In this document: piece by piece, positions 28,965 to 38,190 of the stretch
Layout of the letters: each line of letters opens with the position of its first letter
Position numbering within the stretch: position 1 is the stretch's first letter
IMG/VR virus record: IMGVR_UViG_3300048998_000202
Strand: one strand, 5' to 3'
DNA from: a virus
Taxonomy: Duplodnaviria; Caudoviricetes
Length of the DNA: 64,000 nucleotides
The notes under the pieces: model-generated
The model's database searches: none
The model's input: the letters and a program-made list of their open reading frames with translations, nothing else
Told to the model about the DNA's origin: nothing
Position numbers and translations under genes: made by a program

Positions 28965-29585
28965 CTACTGCTTTGCGGCGGTGGAGGACGAGGTGGTCTT
29001 CTTCGCTGCGGTCTTCTTGGCGGGAGTCGCTTCGCGGCGCTCCTGGCCCTTCTGGGCGGCTACGGCCTCGTCCTGCGGGTTGGAGGCCCCGGCGATGACC
29101 TGCTGCCCGTAGGACTCGCTCTGGCCGCTGTCAGGGACCTGGGTGATTCCGGCGTCCACTCCGCTGGCGTCCCCCGCCACGTTGGGACTGCGGGGAGCGT
29201 CCGGGGCCGCCCCGGTGTCGTTCCCCGGCGCGATGATGTTCCCGCCGTGCTCGGGGACGCCGCCGTTTTCGACGGTCTGCTGCGGGAGGTTCTGGGCGAC
29301 GGCGGTGGCCTCCTCGTGCTTGAGCAGGCCGCGCACCTCCTCCACGATGTCGGCGGTGCGCTCGCGCACGACGGCCTCCACCTTGGCCACGACCCGTTCC
29401 ACATCACCGAAGATGCGAGTGGTGCCGGACACGCGCTCGTTGTGGCCGCCGCCGGTACCGGAGGTCTCCAGGGTGCCGGTCATGGCCGTAGGGTCCGGGA
29501 TGTGATCGACGGATTCCTGGTAGCCAGTGGCCGCCGGGGAGTCCTCCGGGATCTCGGAGTTCTGGTTCTCAGGCTGTTCTGTCAT
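28965..29585 (-). CDS. Hypothetical protein
   Basis: 206 aa, with RBS; AKKTAAKK tail. Confidence 0.6.
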   Translation of the reverse strand: MTEQPENQNSEIPEDSPAATGYQESVDHIPDPTAMTGTLETSGTGGGHNERVSGTTRIFGDVERVVAKVEAVVRERTADIVEEVRGLLKHEEATAVAQNLPQQTVENGGVPEHGGNIIAPGNDTGAAPDAPRSPNVAGDASGVDAGITQVPDSGQSESYGQQVIAGASNPQDEAVAAQKGQERREATPAKKTAAKKTTSSSTAAKQ

Positions 29586-29598
29586 GTGTCGCCCCTTC

Positions 29599-30135
29599 TC
29601 AGTCGCGCTCGCGGTTGCCGATGTTCACTCGGACCCACTTGGTCTTGGCCTGCTCGCCCGTGGTGTCCACCTCCGGCACGTACTGAAGCGCGAGCCCCTT
29701 GTGGCGGGGGCACAGCGGGGGGATGTCCTTCAGCAGCTTCTCGGAGATGGCCACGGCTTCTTCACAGGTACCGATGCCCCGCGAATCCGGGCCGACGCAG
29801 AACGCGCTGACGGTGTCCCGGCTGGTCGGCTTCTCGATCGTTGCCTGGATGTTCTCCTTGGCCCCGTCCTGACGCCGACGGAAGGCGTCCACCTGACGGC
29901 TCAGAGCCTCGACCACCTCGGGGTCGGACTCCTCGTCCATCAGCTCCACGACGCCACGGGCCAGGGCGCGCTTGAACGCGACCGACTCCAGGACGGCTTC
30001 GGGGATGTACTGGATGTCGTCTCCGGAGGGGTCGCCGCTGGCGGCCCACTCCACGGAGTGGGTCCCCTTGACGTCCGAGGCGAGGACGGTGACGCCGTCC
30101 ATCAGGTTGCGGGCAACGATCGAGCCGACAGGCAT
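29599..30135 (-). CDS. Hypothetical protein
   Basis: 178 aa, preceded by the late-promoter-like motif. Confidence 0.65.
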   Translation of the reverse strand: MPVGSIVARNLMDGVTVLASDVKGTHSVEWAASGDPSGDDIQYIPEAVLESVAFKRALARGVVELMDEESDPEVVEALSRQVDAFRRRQDGAKENIQATIEKPTSRDTVSAFCVGPDSRGIGTCEEAVAISEKLLKDIPPLCPRHKGLALQYVPEVDTTGEQAKTKWVRVNIGNRERD

Positions 30136-30358
30136 GAGGGTCTCCGTTCGTGAAGGTCTTCTCGTCCTTTACGCGGAGTCGTCACGGGTCCAACAGGAAA
30201 GGCCCCGGCCCGGGGGTACCGGGGCCAGGGCCTTTCGTGGACGATCGGCGCCACGACTCAGGTCCGTGGGGGACGGAAGGAATCGGCGCCGCCTCGTGCA
30301 CGGGGAGCGTGGCACGGTGGGGTAGACGCTGTCAAGGCGAATGTGTTCCACTGGAGAG

Positions 30359-30598
30359 ATGGAAGATCAGCACACGATGCAGACAGACACCCCCACCGAC
30401 GACCTGAAGCTGTACGGGATCTCCGAGCTGGCGGATCGCTGGAAGGTCTCTAAGCAGCGGGCTGACGAGATCGCCTCCAAGCGCCTCCCACAGCCCCTCA
30501 CGCTCAAGATGGGCCGCATCTGGACAGAACTCCAGGTGGAGAACTTCGAGAGAGGGTGGGTCCGTAAGACGGGGCGTCACATCGTCCCCAGGACTTGA
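30359..30598 (+). CDS. Small HTH DNA-binding protein (AlpA/excisionase-like)
   Basis: LYGISELADRWKVSKQRA..LPQP..GRIW..QVE; start may be 30377; its stop codon overlaps the first cassette leader of array B. Confidence 0.75.
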   Translation: MEDQHTMQTDTPTDDLKLYGISELADRWKVSKQRADEIASKRLPQPLTLKMGRIWTELQVENFERGWVRKTGRHIVPRT

Positions 30599-31362
30599 TA
30601 TCGTCAGGGGTTACTGGGCTCGGCAGGGCTAGGTAGGGCAGGACTGGGCACGGCATGGGAGGGGCTTCCTACGGGGAGCCCCTCAGCCGTTGACAGGCGC
30701 TCTTGGGAGTGACAGAGTCAGGTCTTGCAGGACCACACGTGGGCGTGTGGAGAAGGGGCGCTTCTTCCAGGAGGCGCCCCTTCGTCGTTTGACAGACCGG
30801 CACGGGGGTGACAAAGTCAGGTCTTGCATGATGGGAAGGACACACGGTTGGTTTCTGAGGCCGGAACCGTGTGGATGCGATCGGCCCTCAAGGCCGTGGA
30901 CGCGTCCGAAGGCCCCCTCTGAAGATTCCTGGAGGGGGCCTTCGTTCGTTTGACCGGACGACATTAGGGCTGACAGGGTCAGTTCTTACAGGGCACCGTC
31001 TGGTTGGGCACGGTAAGGCATGGTGGGGTAAGGCACGGCTGGGCAGGGGAGGGCGACCATCTTCGGATGGTCGCCCTCAGCCGTTTGACAGGTGCGGGTG
31101 GAGCTGACAGAGTCAAGTCTTGCAGGGCCGGGCCCGGTAGGGCGTGGTTTGGCGTGGTGTGGTTGGGCAACGCATGGCATGGCATGGCAGGGGAAAGGCC
31201 CCAGGATTTTAAAATCCTGGGGCCTTTCGTTACGCCCTGAAGGAACTGATAGAGTCATGGTCTCGGCAGGCCGAGGCTAGGTAAGGCACGGCGGGGCAAG
31301 GCACCGCCCGGTAGGGCAAGGCATGGGGAAGGCCCCCTCGGATTCTCCCGAGGGGGCCTTCC
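30596..31362 (+). ncRNA. Array B: six promoter-terminator cassettes, four with GGY-NN tracts (8, 11, 13, 12 units) and two with non-pentamer hairpin cargo
   Basis: TTGAC...TGACAGAGTCAAGTCTTGC leaders; e.g. GGCCG GGCCC GGTAG GGCGT GGTTT GGCGT GGTGT GGTTG GGCAA; a hairpin follows each unit. Confidence 0.85.
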
Positions 31363-31387
31363 GTTGTCCTGAAGCGACTACTCTCCG

Positions 31388-32377
31388 TCACGCCTTGGTG
31401 ATCGTCGCGATGCCCCTGGGGTTCAAAATGGACATATTGACCATTTCGTCAAATACCCATCCCTTCCAGAAGGCTTCGACCATGTGGTTCTCTTCCACGT
31501 CCAAACTGTACAGAACGGGGAAAACGCCCAAGAAGTTGGGCTCCGGGGTGAGGAAGACCTTGCCCTGCGGGACGATGATCGACCGCTGGATCTGGAACTC
31601 GCCGAACGAGGTGATGGTCTCGCCCGCGACGACCCGGTCCTTGAAGGCCCAGCCCGTCTGGTTGATGTCCCACCGGTACAGGTCCCGGAAGTCGAACGGG
31701 TTGATCAGGATCCGCGCCGACTGGAGCTCGTGCATGTCCGTCATGGCGACGGCCGAGTACAGCGAGCCCGGCGTCAGGTAGCCCGACGCCTCGGTGATGT
31801 TGTGGTTCGGGGTGACCGTGTGGTCCGGGCGGGTGGCGTAGTCCGTCAGCGCCGCCTGGAGCAGTACGAGCAGCCGGGTGTCCTCCTGCTTGAGGATCGC
31901 CTGCTTGGTCTCGTCCTGGGCCTGCTCGACTGCGTTGATACGCAGGTAGAACAGGTCCTCCTTGCGGATCGCGGGGCGCGAGGCGATACGGAAGAACCGC
32001 ACCGGAACGCGCTTGCCCTCGAACGGAGTCACACGGACTTCGCCCTCGGTGCCGGACATGATGTACGCCTGGCCCAGGTCGTCCCACACGTCGTACTCGA
32101 CGGGGGTACCCGGGGTGACCGGGTCCTCCACGAGCACGTTGCGGGTGATGCCCTGGTAGCGGAGCTTGAGCTGGATGGGACCGACCATCCCGACGCCCAG
32201 ACGGCGGATGCCGCCGGTCTCGTCGGAGAGGATCAGCGCCATCTTCTTGACCTTCGCCTCATGCGTGAGAGGCGCGGCCTTCTCCCGGCGGGCGAGGATC
32301 GCGGAGGCGTAGTCGTCGGACTTCTTGGCCACACGGCCACGGAGCGACGAGGTTGCGGCGAGAGTCTGAGTCGGCAT
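31388..32377 (-). CDS. Major capsid protein
   Basis: 329 aa after the scaffold and decoration genes; PIQLKLRYQGITRNVL and FDEMVNMSILNPRGIA resemble actinobacterial myophage capsid proteins. Confidence 0.88.
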   Translation of the reverse strand: MPTQTLAATSSLRGRVAKKSDDYASAILARREKAAPLTHEAKVKKMALILSDETGGIRRLGVGMVGPIQLKLRYQGITRNVLVEDPVTPGTPVEYDVWDDLGQAYIMSGTEGEVRVTPFEGKRVPVRFFRIASRPAIRKEDLFYLRINAVEQAQDETKQAILKQEDTRLLVLLQAALTDYATRPDHTVTPNHNITEASGYLTPGSLYSAVAMTDMHELQSARILINPFDFRDLYRWDINQTGWAFKDRVVAGETITSFGEFQIQRSIIVPQGKVFLTPEPNFLGVFPVLYSLDVEENHMVEAFWKGWVFDEMVNMSILNPRGIATITKA

Positions 32378-32387
32378 CAGTCAGCTC

Positions 32388-32912
32388 CTAGTACTTCTGA
32401 CGAAGGCCACCGATGGTGATCTTCGTGGCGGAGTTGACCTTGAGGAGCCGGGCGACCGGCTGCACCGTCAGAGCGGTGACGACGCTGCCGTTGGTGGCCA
32501 GCGCGAGCTTCCCGCGACCGGTGCCGGTGGCGGCGCCGTAGATGAGCGTCTCGGTACCGTCACCCGGCTCGGTCCAGCTCTGGGTGGATTCGAAGGCCGG
32601 GGCGAGGATCTCGAACTCGGCGTCCGGGGCGAGCTTCCACACCGCGAAGGTGTTGATGCCCGACTCCAGTGGTTCGTCGATGCCGTCGCCACCCACGTAC
32701 AGGGCGCCCAGGCCGTAGGGGATGCTGCTGGTCGCGCCCACGAGAGACACGTTCTCCCCGGCGGTCTTCATGAAGACCATTCCCGGCCAGATCGGGACAC
32801 TGCGGTCCCAAGCGGCGTCCAGGAAGCAGCTCGCGGGCGTGGATTGGGTCCAGCCGTAGAGCGGTCGGATCGTGCGCTTGATGTACGACGTTGCCATCTT
32901 CGTACGAAGCAC
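32388..32912 (-). CDS. Capsid decoration/stabilising protein
   Basis: Between scaffold and capsid genes; GTG start after GGAGGGG. Confidence 0.6.
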   Translation of the reverse strand: MLRTKMATSYIKRTIRPLYGWTQSTPASCFLDAAWDRSVPIWPGMVFMKTAGENVSLVGATSSIPYGLGALYVGGDGIDEPLESGINTFAVWKLAPDAEFEILAPAFESTQSWTEPGDGTETLIYGAATGTGRGKLALATNGSVVTALTVQPVARLLKVNSATKITIGGLRQKY

Positions 32913-33105
32913 TACAACCCCTCCCATCTCATCTATTCGGACATATGGGCCGTCTGCTCGATGTCCGATACGAGACGGGCCCTTCTCACCCCTTTCGGGG
33001 GCTCAGACCGGGGAAGACAGGATCAAGGGGGACGGAAACATGCCGCAGCCCCCTCCCGGGATGACGGGAGGGGGCTGACGGGAGCTAGTTGAAGAAGTCG
33101 GGGTC

Positions 33106-34014
33106 CTAGTCGAAGAGGGACTCGGCGTCTTCGTCGGTCAGGCCCACCGCTCCGGCGACGGAGGTGATGGGCGCGGGCTGGGTCACCAGGGAGGGCATGG
33201 TGCGCTGGACACCCGGGGCGTTGGACGCGGCCCGGGGCACCAGGCCCTGCGGACGGGCCTGGCGTGCGGCGGCCTTGGTCACCTGCGACAGGGTGGCGAT
33301 CTCGTGGCGGATCATCGCCTCGCTCATGTTCCGGTCGGACTCGATCGAGGCGGCCACCGCGAACTCGTCGCCTCGGGCCAGTCCGGCGGTGATGCGGTGG
33401 CGGGCCAGCCGCATGGAGGCCAGGGTCCGGTTGCGGGAGCCGGTCTGGCTCATCTCGCCCGAACGCGGCGGGGTGGTGCCCTGCTGCGCGGACGGTCCGA
33501 AAGCCGGGTTCAGCGGGTAGGCGGTCTCGGGGTTCATCGGGTCGCCCACGCGCACGTCGGTCTCGATGCGGGTGGTGTCCGGCGGGGTGTGGGTCTCGGT
33601 CCCGGCGACCGGCGCACTCACGTTGAGGAGCTGATTGAACGGCGCGGTCGGCAGCGTGACGCCCGGGTCCATGGGGGTGGCGGTCGTCTCGGCCGCGACG
33701 CCCTGGTTGGCACCGGGGGTCTGCCCGATCTGGTTCGGGTTGTCGTACGCCTCCGGGGTGGCGGCCTGCTCGGTGGTCTCCACCGGGGCCTCGGAGGGCG
33801 GGTTGGGCACCGGCTGGGCAGGGTTGTCGATGTCGGCCTGACGCTTGATCGCGTCGACCTCCTTCGTGACACCGGCCAGCCGGGCGACGTAGGCGAGCTG
33901 GAGGCCCTGGATGGTGAGCTGGCGCTCCAGTTCGGTGTTGCGGGCCTCCACGGTGCGGAGGTTCTTCTGCTGGCTCGCCATGGCCTGCATGAGCGGGCGG
34001 TTGCCACTTGCCAT
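33106..34014 (-). CDS. Scaffolding protein
   Basis: Coiled-coil and Pro-rich; between protease and capsid genes. Confidence 0.6.
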   Translation of the reverse strand: MASGNRPLMQAMASQQKNLRTVEARNTELERQLTIQGLQLAYVARLAGVTKEVDAIKRQADIDNPAQPVPNPPSEAPVETTEQAATPEAYDNPNQIGQTPGANQGVAAETTATPMDPGVTLPTAPFNQLLNVSAPVAGTETHTPPDTTRIETDVRVGDPMNPETAYPLNPAFGPSAQQGTTPPRSGEMSQTGSRNRTLASMRLARHRITAGLARGDEFAVAASIESDRNMSEAMIRHEIATLSQVTKAAARQARPQGLVPRAASNAPGVQRTMPSLVTQPAPITSVAGAVGLTDEDAESLFD

Positions 34015-34092
34015 GAGATGTACTTCCTCTGGTCGGGCTCGCGGCAAGCCGAGAGCTTTACGTCTTCACCCCTTACGGGGACTACTGGCAGA

Positions 34093-37000
34093 TCAGACAG
34101 GCATCGGCAGCGGCGTTTCGCCCTGCTCTTCGGCGGGGCTCATGAGCTGCCCCTGACCACAGTTGGGGCAGACGTCGCCCGCCTGGACTCCGTCGGGGGT
34201 GGCCTCTCCCGTCGGCGGCAGGATCGAGGTGTCCATGTCGACGCTCACCGGGTTGGTGGCGTCGGCCTGGAATCCGCACGCCGGACATTCGAGGTCCGGT
34301 ACGCCATCGCCGGGGGTACCGGGGACTCCCTGGCCCGCGTCCGGGTTGGGGATCTGTCCGTCGGTGTCCAGGTCCTGAGGTCCGGCCGGGCCCTCGGGAC
34401 CTGTCGGCTGGCCGGGTCCCTGGGGCGTGTCGGGCCCTGGGGTGAACGGCTGGCCGTCACTGCTGACCGCGTCGGCCGGGAGGGCCTGCGGTCCGATCGG
34501 CATTCCGTCGGGTCCGACCATCATCTGCTGGCCGGGCTGCTGGAGCGGCTGTCCGTCGGGTCCGAGCATGGCCGGGTCGACTGGTGCCCCCAGCTCGTTC
34601 GGATCCTGCGGCTGGCCGTCCGGGCCGAGCGCGTTGGGATCCTGGGGCGAGTCTCCGCCCATCGGGTCGCCGCCCGGCTGTACCTCGGCCTGTACTTCAC
34701 CGGGGAGTGTGCCGGGCTGCTGACCCTGGTCCGCAGCGTCGGGGTTGACGGGGTTGCCGTTCTCGTCCAGGGCCGCCGGGTCGGCCGGGTTTTCGACCGG
34801 CTGTCCGTCAGGTCCGATCTGATTGGGGTTGGCCGGATCCTGGAACTCTGCGACGTCCTTCCGCAGGTCCATCTGTCGGGCCTTCTCCAGGTCGGGGTCC
34901 TGGAACATCTTGGGGGGTGCGACGTAGCTGCACACCTGGCAGGTGGCGCCGTCGAAGGTGTCGCGGTCACCGCACACCGGGCAGGCGTCCTCGCGCAGGG
35001 TGTCCACGTCCTCGGGGGCCTTCGTCTCGCCGTAGGCCAGTTTGCGGCCCAGCAGGCGACGAGAATCCTCGGGGGGAGTAGCCCCCCGGCCCGTCTGGAG
35101 ACCCTTGCCGTTCTCGGTGGCGAACGGGGAGTGCACCGGGGCTGGGTCGTAATGGGCCGCAGCGTGATCCAGCATGGCGGAGGCCACTCCTCGTCGCTTG
35201 AGGTTGTCGTCCACACCGATCCAGTTGATATGGCCAGCGGGCTTGACGTGCCAGGAGTCCGCGTGGCCATTCATGCCGCAGTGGTCGCAGTGCTGATCGG
35301 GCCGGAAGTCGTCAGGTCCCTTCTCGTCCCAGTACTCCTCGCGCTTCTTGGTCCACTCCAGCTTCCCGACCTGCTGCCTGTCGGGAGTGTGGGCGCGCAG
35401 CACGTGGTACTTGTAGTCCGGTCCACCGTGGTACGTGAAGTGCAGGCCCTCCGGCAGATCACCACTGGCCCCGGCCACATGGGAGTTCGCCGGGGGCTGG
35501 TGCAGGTCCGGATTGTGCTCGCGGCTGAGGTCCTGCCAGGTCTTGCGCTGGTTGCGCTGCACGGTGTTGCGGCCCTTCTGACCGCCTGAGGTGTCACCCT
35601 CGGCGTTCAGGCGCTGCCGGGCGAGCCAGGTGACGGCCTGCACCTCGTGCGGGGGCACTTCGCGGCCCTCACGGTCGGAGATGACCGCTGCGGCCTTGCG
35701 GTAGTGGTTGGCCACGACCTCGTAGTGCTTGCGGTTCTGCGAAGGGAAGCCCTTGACGTCGTCGGCGTTCAGACGGCGCCCGGCGGCGACGGACAGGGCA
35801 TGACGATCCACGACGACCTTGTCCGAAGGCTCCTTGGGCTTTCCTGCCGCCGCGTCCTCAGGGCTCTGGGGCTTGTTACCGCCGTGCTCGATCAGGGAGG
35901 CGAAGTCCTGCGTCTTGGGCCCCTTGAGGGCTTCCTGGTGGTTCATGCCGTCCATGACCTTCTGGGCGGCGTTGGCGTGACTGCCCATCACCATGATGCC
36001 CTCGCCCTTGCCGACGGCCCGCTGCTCGTGGAAGGCCCGCGCGGCGTTGTGCTGGTTGGCCCACCAGCCCTGCTGCGGGGAGTAGGCGGAGAGGACGCCT
36101 GCGCCCTTGTGGGCGGCTTCGGCGTCGCTCTTGATGCGGGGATCCAGTTTGGCGATGGACTTGGCCACCAGGTGGGCGTCGGGGTACCAGCGTTTGCCCT
36201 GCGCCTTCTCCTCGCTGGTGGCCTGGTCCCAGTGGTCCACGACGTGGTGGTGGGACAGGCCCATCTCCTTGAACCACGGATGGTCCTCGGGTGGCGTGGC
36301 CGCCGCACCCTCGGCCATCAGATCGGCCAGGGTGACGCGGGAGCCGGTGGCGGCAATCTGCCTCACCACGGAGTCCGGGATCTCCTCCGGAGTGGGGTAC
36401 GACTTCGAACGCGCCCTGTGGGTGGTGACGAAGTGGCCGTCACCGTCCTGCTTGAGACCGACCTCGGCGAAACGCGGGTCCTTCTTGGCGGCCTCGAACA
36501 TCCGGTCCTGGGCGTACCCGGAGCCCTCGGGAGTCTTCCCGGGGTCTTTGGCCTTGGGCGGCCAGTTGGTGGCGCGTGCCCCGTGATAGGGAGCCTTCTC
36601 GCCGTATTCATCCGGGGTGTCGGAGAGGGGGGACTTCGCCACGTAGGCGTGGATCTTCTTGATCCCTGCGGCCTTGGCCGCCTCGGTCCGGTGGTGGCCG
36701 TCGGCGACCTGGAAGACGCCGTGCCGGTGTACGAGGACGACCGGTGGCATCTGCTCGGGGTTGTCCCGGTACCCCTCGGCAGCGTGCTGGACGCGGTAGT
36801 CACCGGCCTCGTGGCGCTTGTGGTCGATGGCGCTCGGGCTGACCATCGCGTGATGGAAGGTCAGGTCATCGATCGAACGCTCGTTGGCGTCAGGGTCGTC
36901 GGGGGTGGAGTGGGCCAAGTTGCTGGCTGCCCATCCGATCATCTCCCCGTCGGCGTGCTCGGCCCGATCGCCGTGGATCTCGGGGTCCCCGTAGATCTCC

Positions 37001-37848
37001 GGGTGCCGCTCGCCTACCTCGTCCCAGGACAGGCCCCGCCCGGCAGTGGTGTTGATGGAGTCAAGACTTGCGGTACTCTGGATCTCGCTCGGCTCGGCTC
37101 GGATTGGCTTGGTTGGGCTTGGCACGGCAAGGTACGGCATGGCATGGGTGGCGGTCTCTCCGGAGGCCGCCACAGCCATTTTCATACCCCGGTCATCGAT
37201 CCCGGTGAAAAACGCCGTCGGATCCGCCGGGGGCTCCACCAGCAGCGAGTTCTCGAAAAACCGCAATCCGTAGCAGGTCTCACGGATGATCTCGCCGATC
37301 TTCTGCCCGGAAGCCGTCGTCCGGTAAAGCGTCATTCCCTTTGATCCAGGGATGTGGGCGCAGTATTCGGCAGGGGTAGTGGCCTTGTTGCCACAGGCGG
37401 AGCAGACGGAGAAGGCGACGTCGGTGCCCATGCTGGTTCTGGCGATGTTGCCGTTCATGATCTCGGCGGCCAGCTTGGGAAAGCGCAGCGCATCGACCTC
37501 TTGGAGGACCTCGACCCACCAGTCCCGGCTGCCGTCGCGGTTGCTGTCCTTGTGCAAAACCGCGTCGATGATCACACCACGGGCGCGCTTGTGATCTTCG
37601 TTCGCGTGATTGACGAAGACGGGCTTACCGATAAACGTCCGGTATCCCTTCTCCAGTTCCTCAGCGGGGAACTCGTCGAAGTTGTCGTTGCACCGGCTGG
37701 AGATGGCGCGGGAGCGCACGTACAGGTAGCCGGGGCGCACCTCATACGAAAAGTGGTGCCGGTGGGCGAAGCGGCGCAGCTCACGGGCACCCGCGTCCGT
37801 GGGGACGAGGGCCTTGGTCATGATCTGGGCGCTCGCGTACTTGAGCAT
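34093..37848 (-). CDS. Capsid maturation protease polyprotein (protease, ParB/Srx-like, glycosylase-like, GNAT-like and Zn-ribbon segments)
   Basis: NDNFDEFP..TFIGKPVFVNH..TSMG..FFENSLLVEPPADPTA; VADGHHR; WYPDAH..SAYSPQ..VVVDRHA..EVQAVTW; INWIGVD..KRRGVASAML; CPVC/CPAC. Confidence 0.8.
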   Translation of the reverse strand: MLKYASAQIMTKALVPTDAGARELRRFAHRHHFSYEVRPGYLYVRSRAISSRCNDNFDEFPAEELEKGYRTFIGKPVFVNHANEDHKRARGVIIDAVLHKDSNRDGSRDWWVEVLQEVDALRFPKLAAEIMNGNIARTSMGTDVAFSVCSACGNKATTPAEYCAHIPGSKGMTLYRTTASGQKIGEIIRETCYGLRFFENSLLVEPPADPTAFFTGIDDRGMKMAVAASGETATHAMPYLAVPSPTKPIRAEPSEIQSTASLDSINTTAGRGLSWDEVGERHPEIYGDPEIHGDRAEHADGEMIGWAASNLAHSTPDDPDANERSIDDLTFHHAMVSPSAIDHKRHEAGDYRVQHAAEGYRDNPEQMPPVVLVHRHGVFQVADGHHRTEAAKAAGIKKIHAYVAKSPLSDTPDEYGEKAPYHGARATNWPPKAKDPGKTPEGSGYAQDRMFEAAKKDPRFAEVGLKQDGDGHFVTTHRARSKSYPTPEEIPDSVVRQIAATGSRVTLADLMAEGAAATPPEDHPWFKEMGLSHHHVVDHWDQATSEEKAQGKRWYPDAHLVAKSIAKLDPRIKSDAEAAHKGAGVLSAYSPQQGWWANQHNAARAFHEQRAVGKGEGIMVMGSHANAAQKVMDGMNHQEALKGPKTQDFASLIEHGGNKPQSPEDAAAGKPKEPSDKVVVDRHALSVAAGRRLNADDVKGFPSQNRKHYEVVANHYRKAAAVISDREGREVPPHEVQAVTWLARQRLNAEGDTSGGQKGRNTVQRNQRKTWQDLSREHNPDLHQPPANSHVAGASGDLPEGLHFTYHGGPDYKYHVLRAHTPDRQQVGKLEWTKKREEYWDEKGPDDFRPDQHCDHCGMNGHADSWHVKPAGHINWIGVDDNLKRRGVASAMLDHAAAHYDPAPVHSPFATENGKGLQTGRGATPPEDSRRLLGRKLAYGETKAPEDVDTLREDACPVCGDRDTFDGATCQVCSYVAPPKMFQDPDLEKARQMDLRKDVAEFQDPANPNQIGPDGQPVENPADPAALDENGNPVNPDAADQGQQPGTLPGEVQAEVQPGGDPMGGDSPQDPNALGPDGQPQDPNELGAPVDPAMLGPDGQPLQQPGQQMMVGPDGMPIGPQALPADAVSSDGQPFTPGPDTPQGPGQPTGPEGPAGPQDLDTDGQIPNPDAGQGVPGTPGDGVPDLECPACGFQADATNPVSVDMDTSILPPTGEATPDGVQAGDVCPNCGQGQLMSPAEEQGETPLPMPV
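37053..37173 (+). ncRNA. GGY-NN pentamer cassette nested antisense in the protease gene
   Basis: TGATGGAGTCAAGACTTGC leader, 11 pentamers at 37091-37145, GTGGCGG/CCGCCAC hairpin. Confidence 0.75.
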
Positions 37849-37894
37849 GTGCCACCTCCACCCCTTCGCGGCACTGGGCCGGAGCAGGACAGCA

Positions 37895-37938
37895 GAAGGC
37901 CCCAGGGATCGGGGGTGACGAGGGTCCCTGGGGCCTTC
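37895..37938. terminator. Intrinsic terminator hairpin
   Basis: GAAGGCCCCAGGGA...TCCCTGGGGCCTTC. Confidence 0.7.
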
Positions 37939-37947
37939 AGGACGACG

Positions 37948-38190
37948 CTAGCTGTCGGTGGATGCTCGCGGCGTGTGCTTGGCGAGATAGCCACCCAGGA
38001 AGGTGACGACCGTCGGGGCGATGATGAGGATCAGCGTCTGGTCCGTGGCGGGTACCGGGCCGAGCAGATCGTGGTCGGCCTGCACGGCGTTGAGGACGGA
38101 GATCAGGATCGAGACGCCGAAGGTGGCGGCCGTAGCGGCCCAGACCTTCGCCTCGACCTTGAGCTTGGAGATCATCGAGAGCACGGCCAT
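37948..38190 (-). CDS. Holin
   Basis: 80 aa with two TM segments (VEAKVWAAT...FLGGYLAKHT); TGATG overlap with the endolysin. Confidence 0.75.
   Translation of the reverse strand: MAVLSMISKLKVEAKVWAATAATFGVSILISVLNAVQADHDLLGPVPATDQTLILIIAPTVVTFLGGYLAKHTPRASTDS

Noticed and set aside
22041-37173. In-window self-targets of the NN codes (e.g. the GATTTTAAAATC motif)
   Set aside because: A spot check matched only the first three dinucleotides. A proper gapped search cannot be done by eye, so no target is claimed.
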